A DNA stretch of 39,062 bases from Candidatus Yanofskybacteria bacterium CG10_big_fil_rev_8_21_14_0_10_36_16 (GCA_002794035.1 PCXQ01000002.1:1-39062), one strand, 5' to 3'; shown: positions 11,593 to 21,223, counted from the stretch's first letter. Notes: generated by a model not told the origin, from the letters alone. Numbers and translations: made by a program.

Positions 11593-12753
11593 ATGGAACT
11601 CAAGCACCCTGAATTCCTGCTGGGAATTTTAATATTTGTCCTCCTCCTTTTTTTTATTTCTAAAATTAGGAAGAGGCGCGGCATATCTTATTCAAGCAAA
11701 CTTGCCACAGCAAAAATTTCTTTTATCTGGAAAACAATATCAGTATTACCTAAAATTTTATATCTATCTTTGGCTTTTGTGCTTTTGTTTGCTCTTGCTG
11801 CTCCTTTTATAGAGGAATCCAGCACAGAAACAACTATTATAGGCAAGGTGCTTGTCCCCTGCATTGATGTATCAGGCAGTATGGATATAAATATTGATCT
11901 ATACGCCATGACAAAACTAGAATTTGTTAAAAAAATACTCCAAGAATTTCTAGAATCCCGAAAAGAAGTAGACTCAGTCGGGCTCACCGCATTTTCAGGA
12001 GGAGGCGAAGGATGGGGAGCTGGTGTAATCCAATACCCCACTCTAGATAAAGACCTCTTTATAAATTCGTCCAAAAGAATAACGGGTTCCATGTTCGGCG
12101 GTTCTACGGCTATCGGAGAAGGAATATTTGTATCCGTTCTTGCCATAAATGAAAACATATGGAATAAAAAACTACGACAAGAAACAGGCAGCCCAGATGC
12201 TGAATTTGATATCATCAGACTATGGAATGCCGTTAATGCCCTTAATATGCCCGAAATGGGACTGCCGAATGAATCTTCAGGATCTGAGGATAATGCAATT
12301 ATTGCAGAGGCCATTAGCTTAACCCCACCGGAAGAAAACAAACACAAAGTAATTATTCTATTTTCTGATGGAGATTCTAACACTGGTCTTGATCCAATAA
12401 AATCAATATGGCTGGCCGCACGGCTTGGCATAAAAGTTTATTACATTGAGATAAGAGACAATGAGGCTTATAGAAACTCGGATGGTTTTATCGTTCGGGG
12501 TGAAAATTATAATATACCGGAACATCTTAAAAATCTAAGAATAATGGTTAATCAATCCGGTGGAAAATATTTTGCCGGTGATGATTATGAAGATGTAAAA
12601 AGATTCTTTATGGAAGTAAGCAGATTAGAACAAAACGAGGTCACTACGAAAATAAAATACAGCAACCGAGAATCATATCAGCAATTTATATGGTTAGCAG
12701 CAGGAATTTTGGCATTACTGATATTTATTGAGAATCTTTTTCCCAGCAACTAG
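11593..12753 (+). CDS. VWA-domain membrane protein (BatA-like)
   Basis: N-terminal TMs; MIDAS-like CIDVSGSM; ILFSDGDSNTG; C-terminal TM. Confidence 0.75.
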   Translation: MELKHPEFLLGILIFVLLLFFISKIRKRRGISYSSKLATAKISFIWKTISVLPKILYLSLAFVLLFALAAPFIEESSTETTIIGKVLVPCIDVSGSMDINIDLYAMTKLEFVKKILQEFLESRKEVDSVGLTAFSGGGEGWGAGVIQYPTLDKDLFINSSKRITGSMFGGSTAIGEGIFVSVLAINENIWNKKLRQETGSPDAEFDIIRLWNAVNALNMPEMGLPNESSGSEDNAIIAEAISLTPPEENKHKVIILFSDGDSNTGLDPIKSIWLAARLGIKVYYIEIRDNEAYRNSDGFIVRGENYNIPEHLKNLRIMVNQSGGKYFAGDDYEDVKRFFMEVSRLEQNEVTTKIKYSNRESYQQFIWLAAGILALLIFIENLFPSN

Positions 12754-12770
12754 CACAAAGGAGAGAAACC

Positions 12771-13364
12771 ATGAAAGTACTAACAGCTTTTATTCTATTA
12801 AGTTTAGCTATTGTCCCTGCATACTATGGCATTCTTCACAATGAATACAACGAAGTAATGAAATCAAGCAACACAAACTTTGAACTAAAAAAATATAACG
12901 TTGCGACTGATTCCATAGATAAAGTTCGCAATAGTTGGGTCTACTGGCCCATTAACAAAATGCCCTTTCTAGACATTTTGGGCATAGATGAATATTTGGA
13001 CTATCAAAGAGGTAGAATCAAAGCAGAGTTAGGCGAATATGACGATGCAATGGCCACGCTTAATAATTGTGCCGAATCAAACAACAATGTATTAGCAGGA
13101 AACTGTTTATACCTATTGGCGAATATTGCCCTTTATAGGGGCAATGTAAACACTGCGGAAAAAAGATGGAAGGAGGCGCAGGAAAAATATCCGGGTGGTC
13201 ATGATTACGACACTCAGGTAAACCTGGAGCTTCTCCAGTCACAAAAAAAGAAAGCGCAAGCGATGGCTGCAAAAGCAGGAGCTGTACTAAGCCACAGGAG
13301 AAACAATAACCCCAATACATTAGTACAACCGGGTGCAGGCAAAGACAAAACAATAAAACCCTAA
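12771..13364 (+). CDS. TPR-repeat protein (BatC-like)
   Basis: N-terminal TM; TPR-like LGEYDDAMATLNNCAES...LLANIALYRGNVNTAEKRWKEA. Confidence 0.5.
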   Translation: MKVLTAFILLSLAIVPAYYGILHNEYNEVMKSSNTNFELKKYNVATDSIDKVRNSWVYWPINKMPFLDILGIDEYLDYQRGRIKAELGEYDDAMATLNNCAESNNNVLAGNCLYLLANIALYRGNVNTAEKRWKEAQEKYPGGHDYDTQVNLELLQSQKKKAQAMAAKAGAVLSHRRNNNPNTLVQPGAGKDKTIKP

Positions 13365-13374
13365 GGAGGATGAT

Positions 13375-14469
13375 ATGCTAGAAGGATTGTCTTTGTCCAA
13401 AATTTTTTTCCTACACAATCAATACTTATGGCATGTTTTTTTGGCCAGTATTGTTACTTTTTTTCTTTATTTGTTTTGGTCCTTAAGAATTTGGAGGTTA
13501 TACAAACATTTTGGAGGATATAACAACTGCAAAAAACAAGCAAAACAAAGCAAAACAAGTCTTCTTGGTCCATTTAAAATTATGGCCAAAGTCTTGGTGA
13601 TGACTTTTCTTGCACTTCTTATAGGTCTATCTCTTCTTGAACCATCCATAAAAGAACATGGCGAAGAAAACCAGTACGAACCTTCTCAAATAGTTGTATC
13701 TATTGATAGCACATTAAGTATGCTAGCAGAAGATATTAAGCCCTCAAGAATTGAAGCTGCAAAAACTGAAGTTTATAACTTAATAGAGAGAGTTAAGCGT
13801 GAGGGTGGAAAAGACAAAATTGCCCTATATAGGTTTACGGATATTGCAATTCCTGCTGTGGTCGTACCCACACAAGACTACGACATCTTAAATCATGAAA
13901 TTGGCCGTATCACAAAAGGGTTTTTAGGAAGATTTAAAACACATGGTACAAATATATGGGATTCTATAACCCAAGGACTAAAATCTTTCACCTCTGATGA
14001 TCAAATAAAAATTCTAATCATAATCACGGATGGCGAACAAGCAACAGACGATGAACACTTGGACAAAACACGCCAAGAAGCCATTGAATTAAGAAACAGA
14101 AATGAAGATGTTAAAATATTTATAGTAAGCATCGGCACCATAGAAGAAGAACCCTCTTTAATCCCCAAGGTAAAAGACGAGTCGGGCAATGTTCTTGAAT
14201 TCTATACTCAAGAGGCAGGTCCAGATGAAGGTAAATTCATAGAAACAAGACCTGACAAACAATACATTGAAGAGGTTTGCAGTCAAATTAATTGCAAACC
14301 CATAGTTTCCCAATCAGGGAAAGAATTATCAAAAGAATTAGATACTATTCTCACCGAAGAACGCAAAGTAATAGGAGTAAAAGAATCTCCTAAGTTTAAA
14401 AATATAACACCACAATTTATAATAGCTAGCTTATTGTTAATGCTATTTATGCCACTAGCCAAGATTTAA
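13375..14469 (+). CDS. VWA-domain membrane protein (BatB-like)
   Basis: TMs, then VVSIDSTLSM (DxTxS MIDAS), ILIIITDGEQATDD, and a C-terminal TM. Confidence 0.75.
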   Translation: MLEGLSLSKIFFLHNQYLWHVFLASIVTFFLYLFWSLRIWRLYKHFGGYNNCKKQAKQSKTSLLGPFKIMAKVLVMTFLALLIGLSLLEPSIKEHGEENQYEPSQIVVSIDSTLSMLAEDIKPSRIEAAKTEVYNLIERVKREGGKDKIALYRFTDIAIPAVVVPTQDYDILNHEIGRITKGFLGRFKTHGTNIWDSITQGLKSFTSDDQIKILIIITDGEQATDDEHLDKTRQEAIELRNRNEDVKIFIVSIGTIEEEPSLIPKVKDESGNVLEFYTQEAGPDEGKFIETRPDKQYIEEVCSQINCKPIVSQSGKELSKELDTILTEERKVIGVKESPKFKNITPQFIIASLLLMLFMPLAKI

Positions 14470-14478
14470 TCTTGGCAA

Positions 14479-14503
14479 CCCCGCCAACTTAAGCGGGGTT
14501 TTT
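14479..14503 (+). terminator. intrinsic terminator of the MoxR/VWA operon
   Basis: CCCCGC-caacttaa-GCGGGG-ttttt. Confidence 0.7.
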
Positions 14504-14522
14504 ATTTATAAAAAAAAGCCGA

Positions 14523-15641
14523 TTACAATGTATCGGCTTCCTTATTCTCTCCCACTACTATTTTAACTTTTTCCACAGCATTAGGAGTTCTTTTTTTAAT
14601 TTCTAAAAAAGCTTCTTTGCCGGGGCTAAGACTCCGCTCAAGCCAACGAAACCCCACATCGTCTTTAACTTCTTGAGCATTTACACTCAAAATGATATCC
14701 CCTTGAGATATGCCGGAATTAGCAGAAGGCCCATCGGGCACCAAACTGGTAACCATGACGCCCCCGGCATCTTGAAGCCCCAATTGTTTTCTAATTACCG
14801 AACTTAGCTCATTTACATTTTGAACATTTATACCAAGATATCCAAGAGAGGTTTTTTCGTTTTTTATATCCTCAACAATCTTTTTTACGACATTAGAGGG
14901 TATAGCAAACCCAATTCCAGCGTTACTGCCAGTCCTGCTAATAATCATCGTGGGGATACCCACAAGCTCACCGTCTAAATTTACTAGGGCACCGCCTGAA
15001 TTGCCGGGGTTGATAGCTGCATCAGTTTGTATCATTTGGTGAGGTAATTTACTGCCATTCATATCTATTGATCTAACTGAACTTACAATACCGCTAGTTA
15101 ATGTACCACCAAGGCCAAAAGGAGATCCAATAGCCAATACATGCTCCCCCACTCTTATAGAATCTGAGTCTCCAATTTCCATAGCTTTAAAGTTTGCTAC
15201 TGATTCTTCATTAATCTTAATTAGTGCCAAGTCTGTGTCAGGGGCCACTCCAACTATAGTTGCTGTTATTTTAATGCCTGTAGGCGAAACAACATAGACC
15301 TTTCTTGCACGTCTTTTAATTTCTTGGCCATTAACGCTAGAATCTTCTTGTATTACATGCTTATTTGTAACGATATAACCATCTTTACCCCAAACAACAC
15401 CGCTCCCGCTTCCGTCTGCACTTTGCGGCCTACCCTGAATCACTACAGTAGCCTCAACCTCTAAAGTTACTACGGAATCCTTAACATTGTCGTGTATTTC
15501 TGAAAATGTAAATCTGCCGATTGGTTTGTCTTGGGAAAACGCCGGACTTAACCAAATAGCAAACATAAACACAGAAAAAAACATTGCTGTTCTCACTTCT
15601 TTCTCCTTTGAAATTTTTAAATGTCTGATTGTAAGATACAA
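14523..15641 (-). CDS. htrA: HtrA/DegP-family serine protease with PDZ domain
   Basis: TNKHV (His), DLALIK (Asp), GNSGGALVNLDGELVGI (Ser), and a C-terminal PDZ-like region. Confidence 0.9.
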   Translation of the reverse strand: MYLTIRHLKISKEKEVRTAMFFSVFMFAIWLSPAFSQDKPIGRFTFSEIHDNVKDSVVTLEVEATVVIQGRPQSADGSGSGVVWGKDGYIVTNKHVIQEDSSVNGQEIKRRARKVYVVSPTGIKITATIVGVAPDTDLALIKINEESVANFKAMEIGDSDSIRVGEHVLAIGSPFGLGGTLTSGIVSSVRSIDMNGSKLPHQMIQTDAAINPGNSGGALVNLDGELVGIPTMIISRTGSNAGIGFAIPSNVVKKIVEDIKNEKTSLGYLGINVQNVNELSSVIRKQLGLQDAGGVMVTSLVPDGPSANSGISQGDIILSVNAQEVKDDVGFRWLERSLSPGKEAFLEIKKRTPNAVEKVKIVVGENKEADTL

Positions 15642-15663
15642 TATAAAATGCTAAAATGTCAAC

Positions 15664-17019
15664 ATGAAAATAGACACGACATCAATCCCAAACTCTCCTG
15701 GAGTTTATTTTTTTAAGGGCAGAAATGGCCAGGTTCTTTATATTGGCAAAGCATCGAACCTTAAAAACAGACTTAACTCTTACAAAAAGAACGATAGCCC
15801 ACGTATTGAAAAAATGGTTGAATTAGCTGAAAAAATTAAGTGGCAGGAAACTGATTCTGAAATTGAAGCCCTAATTCTTGAATCCCAGCTTATTAAAAAG
15901 CAGAGGCCTAAATTCAATATAATGTTAAGAGATGATAAACAATATTTTTACATAGGATTTAGCAATGAAGAATTTCCACAAATTTATATCACCCACCAGC
16001 CCCAAAACCCCAAATTTAAAAACAAAAAACTTTTTGATTTTTTGGGACCTTTTACTGATGGAACAGCGCTAAAAATTTCTTTGCGCTTGCTTCGCAAAAT
16101 ATTCCCCTACTGCAACTGCAAACAAAAGCACAACAATTATTGCTTAAATTACCACATAGGAAACTGCCTTGGAATCTGCTGTATAAAAAATCCCGAATCA
16201 AAAATTAAAGATCTAGATTTCAGAAAAAAAGAATATATTAAAAACATAAAAGCGATAAGAGATGTGTTAAGTGGCAAAAAGGATTCAGTAATTAAAAAAT
16301 TCAAAAAAGAAGTACAAGAATTGTCTAAAAATGAAAAATTTGAAGAAGCAGAGATACTACAAAACAAAGTTCACAAACTAGAAAAAGTCTTTGAAAATTC
16401 CCAAATTGTTCTTAATAGTAAATATTTATCAGGGACCAGAATTAATCAAAATCATAAGAAGGTTTTAAATGAAGCAAAAAAGTCACTAGGTCTGTCTTCG
16501 ACACCCTTTCGCATTGAAGGTTACGATATAGCAAATATTCAAGGGGAATATGCCGTAGGTGCAATGATTGTTTTTAAAAATGGCCGTCCGGATAAAACAC
16601 AATACAAAAAATTTAAAATCAAAAAAGTCTCAGGCGCAAACGATATAGCGATGTTAAAAGAAATATTAGAACGAAGATTTAAACATAATGATTGGGCGTA
16701 CCCTGAACTAATTATCGTTGATGGAGGCAAGGCACAGTTTCAGATTGCTAAAACTATAATTTCTAATTCCCAATTTTTTATTTCTAATAAAGTTCAAGAT
16801 GCGGAAAACAAAATTTTCAAACCCACTATTATTGCGTTAACTAAAAATAAAAAACACAAAGGTATTAAAATTTATATTAACGAGCAAAAAAACTCCACAC
16901 ACTTAACAAAACTACCGCCCGCTGTGAAAAATTTAATATTAACGGTTAATGCCGAGGCTCATAGGTTTGCAATAAATTATTATAGAAAATTGCACAGAAA
17001 ATCCATGAGCAATTTATAA
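15664..17019 (+). CDS. uvrC: excinuclease ABC subunit C, short form
   Basis: GIY-YIG GVYFFKGRNGQVLYIGKASNLKNRLNSY; UVR-like FEEAEILQNKVHKLE; endonuclease-domain RIEGYDIANIQGEYAVGAMIVF. Only 451 aa, with no C-terminal (HhH)2 region seen. Confidence 0.85.
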   Translation: MKIDTTSIPNSPGVYFFKGRNGQVLYIGKASNLKNRLNSYKKNDSPRIEKMVELAEKIKWQETDSEIEALILESQLIKKQRPKFNIMLRDDKQYFYIGFSNEEFPQIYITHQPQNPKFKNKKLFDFLGPFTDGTALKISLRLLRKIFPYCNCKQKHNNYCLNYHIGNCLGICCIKNPESKIKDLDFRKKEYIKNIKAIRDVLSGKKDSVIKKFKKEVQELSKNEKFEEAEILQNKVHKLEKVFENSQIVLNSKYLSGTRINQNHKKVLNEAKKSLGLSSTPFRIEGYDIANIQGEYAVGAMIVFKNGRPDKTQYKKFKIKKVSGANDIAMLKEILERRFKHNDWAYPELIIVDGGKAQFQIAKTIISNSQFFISNKVQDAENKIFKPTIIALTKNKKHKGIKIYINEQKNSTHLTKLPPAVKNLILTVNAEAHRFAINYYRKLHRKSMSNL

Positions 17020-17021
17020 AA

Positions 17022-17050
17022 ACAGTTCCGCCTTTGCGGGACTGTTTTTT
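17022..17050 (+). terminator. intrinsic terminator after uvrC
   Basis: ACAGTTCCGC-cttt-GCGGGACTGT-ttttt. Confidence 0.75.
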
Positions 17051-17157
17051 AAATCTTCCAAAGCACTATTACGTTAAGCAGTTAACCTCTTAATGTCAGT
17101 CCTGCTCTTGAAAATTGTGTTTTTTTAATTTTTCATACACTATCATATGACAAACTT

Positions 17158-17203
17158 TCAAGGGCGGGGTCAACATATTTCATTTTTTGTTATTTGATAT
17201 AAT
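17158..17203 (+). promoter_or_regulatory. GC-rich box plus extended -10 promoter of dnaB
   Basis: TCAAGGGCGGGGTCAACA-22 nt-TATAAT, with a TG at the extended -10 position (tTGaTATAAT). ATG follows 7 nt later. Confidence 0.4.
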
Positions 17204-17209
17204 GTTTCC

Positions 17210-18562
17210 ATGGCCAATAAAGACAGATCAAAAGCCCCTCTCCCCCCTCAAAACATTGATGCAGAAAAGTCAGTATTGGGCTCAATAGTACTGGATAATG
17301 AATCACTCAATAGGGTGGTTGATTTTTTGATGCCTCAAGATTTTTATTCAAGAGCTCATCAAATAATATACGAAAATGCTGTAAAATTAAGCGAAAAAAG
17401 AGAGCCTATTGATATTGTGAACCTATCAAATTCGCTTGAAATATCAGGACAGCTTGAACAGATAGGAGGTGTTGGATACATCACAACATTAGTTAATCTA
17501 GTAAACACATCCGCTCATATTTTAAGTTATGCTAAGATAGTTCAAAAGAAAAAGGTTCTGAGAGATTTAATAACCACAGCCCACGAAATAATAGGCTTAG
17601 GCCATCAAGAAGATGATGATGTTGACTCGTTGCTTGACCAAGCAGAACAGAAGTTATTCGCCATTTCACAACGCTCAGTACAAAGATCTTTTGACTCTCT
17701 TGATGCCTCATTAAAAGAAGCCTTTGAACGTTTAGATCGCCTACACAAAGATGATGGCACATTGCGAGGAGTTCCTACAGGATTTTATGACTTAGACAAT
17801 ATTTTATCAGGATTACAAAAATCAGATATGATAATTTTGGCAGCAAGACCTTCTCTTGGTAAATCAACCTTGGCACTTGATATAGCAAGAAATGTTGCCA
17901 GAAAAAGCAATTTACCTGTAGGGTTTTTTACTCTTGAAATGTCTCGCGATCAAGTCGTTGACCGTTTAATTGCTTCGGAGGCAAATGTTAATGCTTTTAA
18001 ATTAAGAACCGGTAAATTGTCATCGGAAGGCGATGGCAACGACTTTGAAAAAATAATGGTTGCCCTAGACAACCTATCAAATCTTAAATTATTTATAGAT
18101 GACACCCCGTCCCCAACCATATTACAAATAAGGGCTATGGCAAGACGACTGCAGGCCGAACATGGGCTTGGATTAATAGTTGTAGACTACCTACAGCTTG
18201 TTAAAAACCAAAGGCATTACGATAGCCCCGTCCAACAAATAACAGAAATATCAAGAAACCTTAAGGCCCTAGCAAGAGAGCTGAATGTTCCTGTTTTAGC
18301 TTTGTCTCAGCTAAGTCGTGCAGTAGAAACACGTCCTGACCAAAGACCAAAACTTTCAGATCTTAGAGACAGTGGTAGTATTGAACAGGATGCCGATGTT
18401 GTAATGTTTATTTACCGTGAAGACAGAGCAAGGAAAGAAACAGAAAAGAAAAACATAGCGGAAATAATGATTGCAAAGCACAGAAATGGTCCCATAGGTC
18501 AAGCAGAGCTCTACTTTGATGAAGAAAGGGTAACATTTAAAAACTTAGCAAAAAATATTTAA
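17210..18562 (+). CDS. dnaB: replicative DNA helicase DnaB
   Basis: PPQNIDAEKSVLGSI..., Walker A ARPSLGKST, VVDYLQL, ALSQLSR. Confidence 0.95.
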   Translation: MANKDRSKAPLPPQNIDAEKSVLGSIVLDNESLNRVVDFLMPQDFYSRAHQIIYENAVKLSEKREPIDIVNLSNSLEISGQLEQIGGVGYITTLVNLVNTSAHILSYAKIVQKKKVLRDLITTAHEIIGLGHQEDDDVDSLLDQAEQKLFAISQRSVQRSFDSLDASLKEAFERLDRLHKDDGTLRGVPTGFYDLDNILSGLQKSDMIILAARPSLGKSTLALDIARNVARKSNLPVGFFTLEMSRDQVVDRLIASEANVNAFKLRTGKLSSEGDGNDFEKIMVALDNLSNLKLFIDDTPSPTILQIRAMARRLQAEHGLGLIVVDYLQLVKNQRHYDSPVQQITEISRNLKALARELNVPVLALSQLSRAVETRPDQRPKLSDLRDSGSIEQDADVVMFIYREDRARKETEKKNIAEIMIAKHRNGPIGQAELYFDEERVTFKNLAKNI

Positions 18563-19164
18563 TGAACTCAAAAATAAATAAAATAATTGAATATCTAACA
18601 AAACTTCAGGGCATCGGCCCTCGACAAGCTACGCGTTTGGCATTAGATTTAGCCAGTTGGAATAAAATGGATTTAAAAGATTTTGGAGATGCATTAAGAG
18701 ATATGAGAAACGGCCCAATCTTTTGTCGCCAATGTTTTAATTTTGCCGAAAATGAACTTTGTTCGGTCTGCTCAAACCCAAAAAGAGACAAGTTCAAAAT
18801 AGCAGTGGTTGAAAAAATAACCGACATTAATGCAGTGGAACAAACTGGGATATATGATGGTGTCTATCATGTATTGGGCGGTGCAATTAGCCCATCAAAC
18901 GGGCAAAATGGCCTTAAAATAAGCGAGTTAATTAAAAGAGTGCACATGCTTAGTAATGAACCGGGTATAACCTCCGATAATATTGAAATTATTGCCGCCA
19001 CAAGCCCAAATACATATGGGGAAACTACTGCCATTTATTTAACAGAGAAACTTAAACCTCTTGGAGTAAGGGTCACTAGACTTGCTCAAGGTTTATCTGC
19101 AGGTTCATCAATTGAATATTCGGATGAAGTAACATTGTCGCACGCCTTAAAACATCGACGATAA
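18562..19164 (+). CDS. recR: recombination protein RecR
   Basis: LQGIGPRQATRLAL (HhH), a C4 zinc finger CRQC...CSVC, and a Toprim-like region. Start overlaps the dnaB stop (TAATG). Confidence 0.95.
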   Translation: MNSKINKIIEYLTKLQGIGPRQATRLALDLASWNKMDLKDFGDALRDMRNGPIFCRQCFNFAENELCSVCSNPKRDKFKIAVVEKITDINAVEQTGIYDGVYHVLGGAISPSNGQNGLKISELIKRVHMLSNEPGITSDNIEIIAATSPNTYGETTAIYLTEKLKPLGVRVTRLAQGLSAGSSIEYSDEVTLSHALKHRR

Positions 19165-19190
19165 GTCCAGATTTCACATGCCAAAAAAAC

Positions 19191-19217
19191 AAAATCGGTC
19201 ATTAAGACCGATTTTTT
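19191..19217. terminator. bidirectional hairpin between recR and the 104-aa gene
   Basis: aaaATCGGTC-attaa-GACCGATttttt. Confidence 0.6.
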
Positions 19218-19530
19218 AATCCTCCTCTTTGACCATGTTGGCCGGCAAGGAAATAAAAAACATAATAACTGAATAAAAAACCATCGAAAATATTATACCA
19301 AGAGGAGAAACCTCCTTATAGTTATCCACTAGTAACTTGTCTTTTATAAAATTATTATCATTAAATACAAAATCAATCGGAATTTTAACAATAAAAATAT
19401 GTATATCATTAATAAAATTCGGGCTTATGGACCAAGAAATCAAGGCCATCAAAGGCACCCCAAGAACTATAGCAGTAACTAGACCAGTAAAAATTGCAAT
19501 TCTGAGCTTGGTAAATTTAAATAAAAACAT
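19216..19530 (-). CDS. hypothetical small membrane protein
   Basis: 104-aa ORF with two or three hydrophobic helices. No motif recognised. Confidence 0.4.
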   Translation of the reverse strand: MFLFKFTKLRIAIFTGLVTAIVLGVPLMALISWSISPNFINDIHIFIVKIPIDFVFNDNNFIKDKLLVDNYKEVSPLGIIFSMVFYSVIMFFISLPANMVKEED

Positions 19531-19627
19531 AACTGTTCTCCATTTAAAAAGTTAAGGTTCTAACAAAACCATAACACAAAATAATCCCTAGATAAATCCT
19601 TACAAATAAATATATTTAAAATAAAAC

Positions 19628-19855
19628 CTACCCATTAGGGCAGGTAGCTTCCGGTGTTGGTTTGCATTTTTTACAAGGTCGATAGCCCTCACTTATGGCA
19701 TCTTCCCAGGTTAAAAAGAAGACTCGATTTTATTTTTTTGTTTTCATGCCAGACTTACAATCTAGTCTGCCAAAAATTTTGCCTTTCTTCCACCCGGCAT
19801 ATTTACCGGGCACTTTGCTTTCAACAATTTCCCCATTTTTAAGAAGTTTGTACAC
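19628..19855 (-). pseudogene. Ada-like zinc-binding small protein ORF interrupted by an in-frame TAA
   Basis: SD AAAGGAGG lies 5 nt before GTG 19855. Translation: VYKLLKNGEIVESKVPGKYAGWKKGKIFGRLDCKSGMKTKK*NRVFFLTWEDAISEGYRPCKKCKPTPEATCPNG*. TAA at 19732-19730 is in the same frame on both sides. The C...GYRPCKxCxP pattern is the Ada-type metal-binding motif. Confidence 0.5.
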
Positions 19856-19889
19856 AAGGACCTCCTTTCGTTTTTTATATTAAAGCAAA

Positions 19890-19905
19890 GACCCCTTTCG
19901 GGGTC
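19890..19905 (-). terminator. hairpin downstream of rplL
   Basis: GACCCC-tttc-GGGGTC, followed on the minus strand by a T-rich tract. Confidence 0.6.
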
Positions 19906-19948
19906 CATGCTTAGTAATATATTCGGATAATAAATCCTTGAATATTGG

Positions 19949-20350
19949 TTACTTGAGTTCAACAATACCGCCTGCTTCTTCAATCTTTTTCTTCAATTCC
20001 TCAGCTTCTTCTTTTTTGACACCTTCCTTTATTGGTGCTGGAGCTTTATCTACTAAATCCTTAGCTTCTTTAAGACCCAAAGCTGTTGCCTCTCTTACAA
20101 CCTTGATTACCTGAATCTTCTGATCTCCGGCAGCTTTAAGAATTACATCAAAGCTGTCTTTTTCTTCAGCAGCTCCGCCTTCCTCACCTCCAGCAGCTGC
20201 TCCAACAACTGGTGCTGCCATAGCTATGGCGGATACGCCAAATTTTTCTTCCAATTCCTTTACGAACTCCGAGAGTTCTAGAACTGACATTGATTCAATC
20301 TTTTTTATAAGATCATCAAACTTTCCACTTGATTTTGTTTCTTCGGCCAT
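19949..20350 (-). CDS. rplL: 50S ribosomal protein L7/L12
   Basis: Ala/Gly-rich hinge, then [24 protein letters not shown]...[19 protein letters not shown]. Confidence 0.97.
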   Translation of the reverse strand: MAEETKSSGKFDDLIKKIESMSVLELSEFVKELEEKFGVSAIAMAAPVVGAAAGGEEGGAAEEKDSFDVILKAAGDQKIQVIKVVREATALGLKEAKDLVDKAPAPIKEGVKKEEAEELKKKIEEAGGIVELK

Positions 20351-20455
20351 AATTATTTATACACTTCTTAAATTTTTAACTACTTAGCTTTTAGCAACGA
20401 GCCAAGAAACTGGAAACCTAAGAAGTTTTAGTTTAATTAAATTTAAAAGTTAATT

Positions 20456-20983
20456 TTATTTTTTTGATATCTGCGATAATACACTAACTAATCCTCTAAT
20501 GTTGCCCTGCAATACATTCATCATTCCAGTTAAGGGGTAGCTTACCATACCGACTGCTCTGCCAAGCATAACTTCTCTAGAAGGCAATTTGGCCAATTCT
20601 ATAACCTGTTCCTGGGTTACATAATCATCTCCAAAAAGCGCTCCTAATATTTTAAGAGCCGGGGTTTTTTTGGAAAAATTATAAACAGCTCTTGCCGCAG
20701 ATGCTTCGTCTCCCCGGCCGAAAACCAATCCCAAAGAACCGTGAAACTCTTCTGCCTTAACACCTTTTGGTTCAGACACCTTATTTACCAATCTTTTCTT
20801 GGCAATAAGATACTCGGCCTCTACGTCCCTTAAGCCATTCTTTAACTCGCCCATTTCAGACACACTTAAACCCTTGCCATCACCATCAACTCCGGCAAAA
20901 GATGTAAAAACTGTAAGCTTTGAAGCCCCCATTTTTTCTTTTATTTTCTTTAATTCCTCAGATTTTTGTTTAAAAGATTTCAT
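20456..20983 (-). CDS. rplJ: 50S ribosomal protein L10
   Basis: Immediately upstream of rplL. L10-like KSEELKKIKEKMGASKLTVFTSFAG...LSVSEMGELKNGLR. Confidence 0.93.
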   Translation of the reverse strand: MKSFKQKSEELKKIKEKMGASKLTVFTSFAGVDGDGKGLSVSEMGELKNGLRDVEAEYLIAKKRLVNKVSEPKGVKAEEFHGSLGLVFGRGDEASAARAVYNFSKKTPALKILGALFGDDYVTQEQVIELAKLPSREVMLGRAVGMVSYPLTGMMNVLQGNIRGLVSVLSQISKK

Positions 20984-21223
20984 TTTTGAAATATGCCCAT
21001 CGCTAATTTATGAATAACCTAATCCATATCCTCGTATAATTTTTATACTAAGGAAATTAGCAAAAGGCTTGTTTTTAGTCTTTTGTTCTTAATATTATTA
21101 ATAAAAAACGGCATCACTGCCGAAGACATAAAATCACTCAAAGGTTGCAAACCCAAAAGCTATTAAATGTCTCGGCGGGTCTTACTTTAATGCCCACTGT
21201 CTGTGACATCATTAACTAATAAA
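20984..21223 (-). promoter_or_regulatory. long 5' leader of rplJ (possible L10 autoregulatory leader)
   Basis: About 240 nt lie between the predicted promoter (21224-21252) and the rplJ ATG. I did not derive a structure. Confidence 0.3.

Noticed and set aside
19654-19983. Track ORFs 19654-19842(+), 19695-19883(+) and 19762-19983(-)
   Set aside because: They overlap the terminator and the rplL 3' end. The only frame with an SD and a recognisable domain is the minus-strand Ada-like ORF at 19628-19855.
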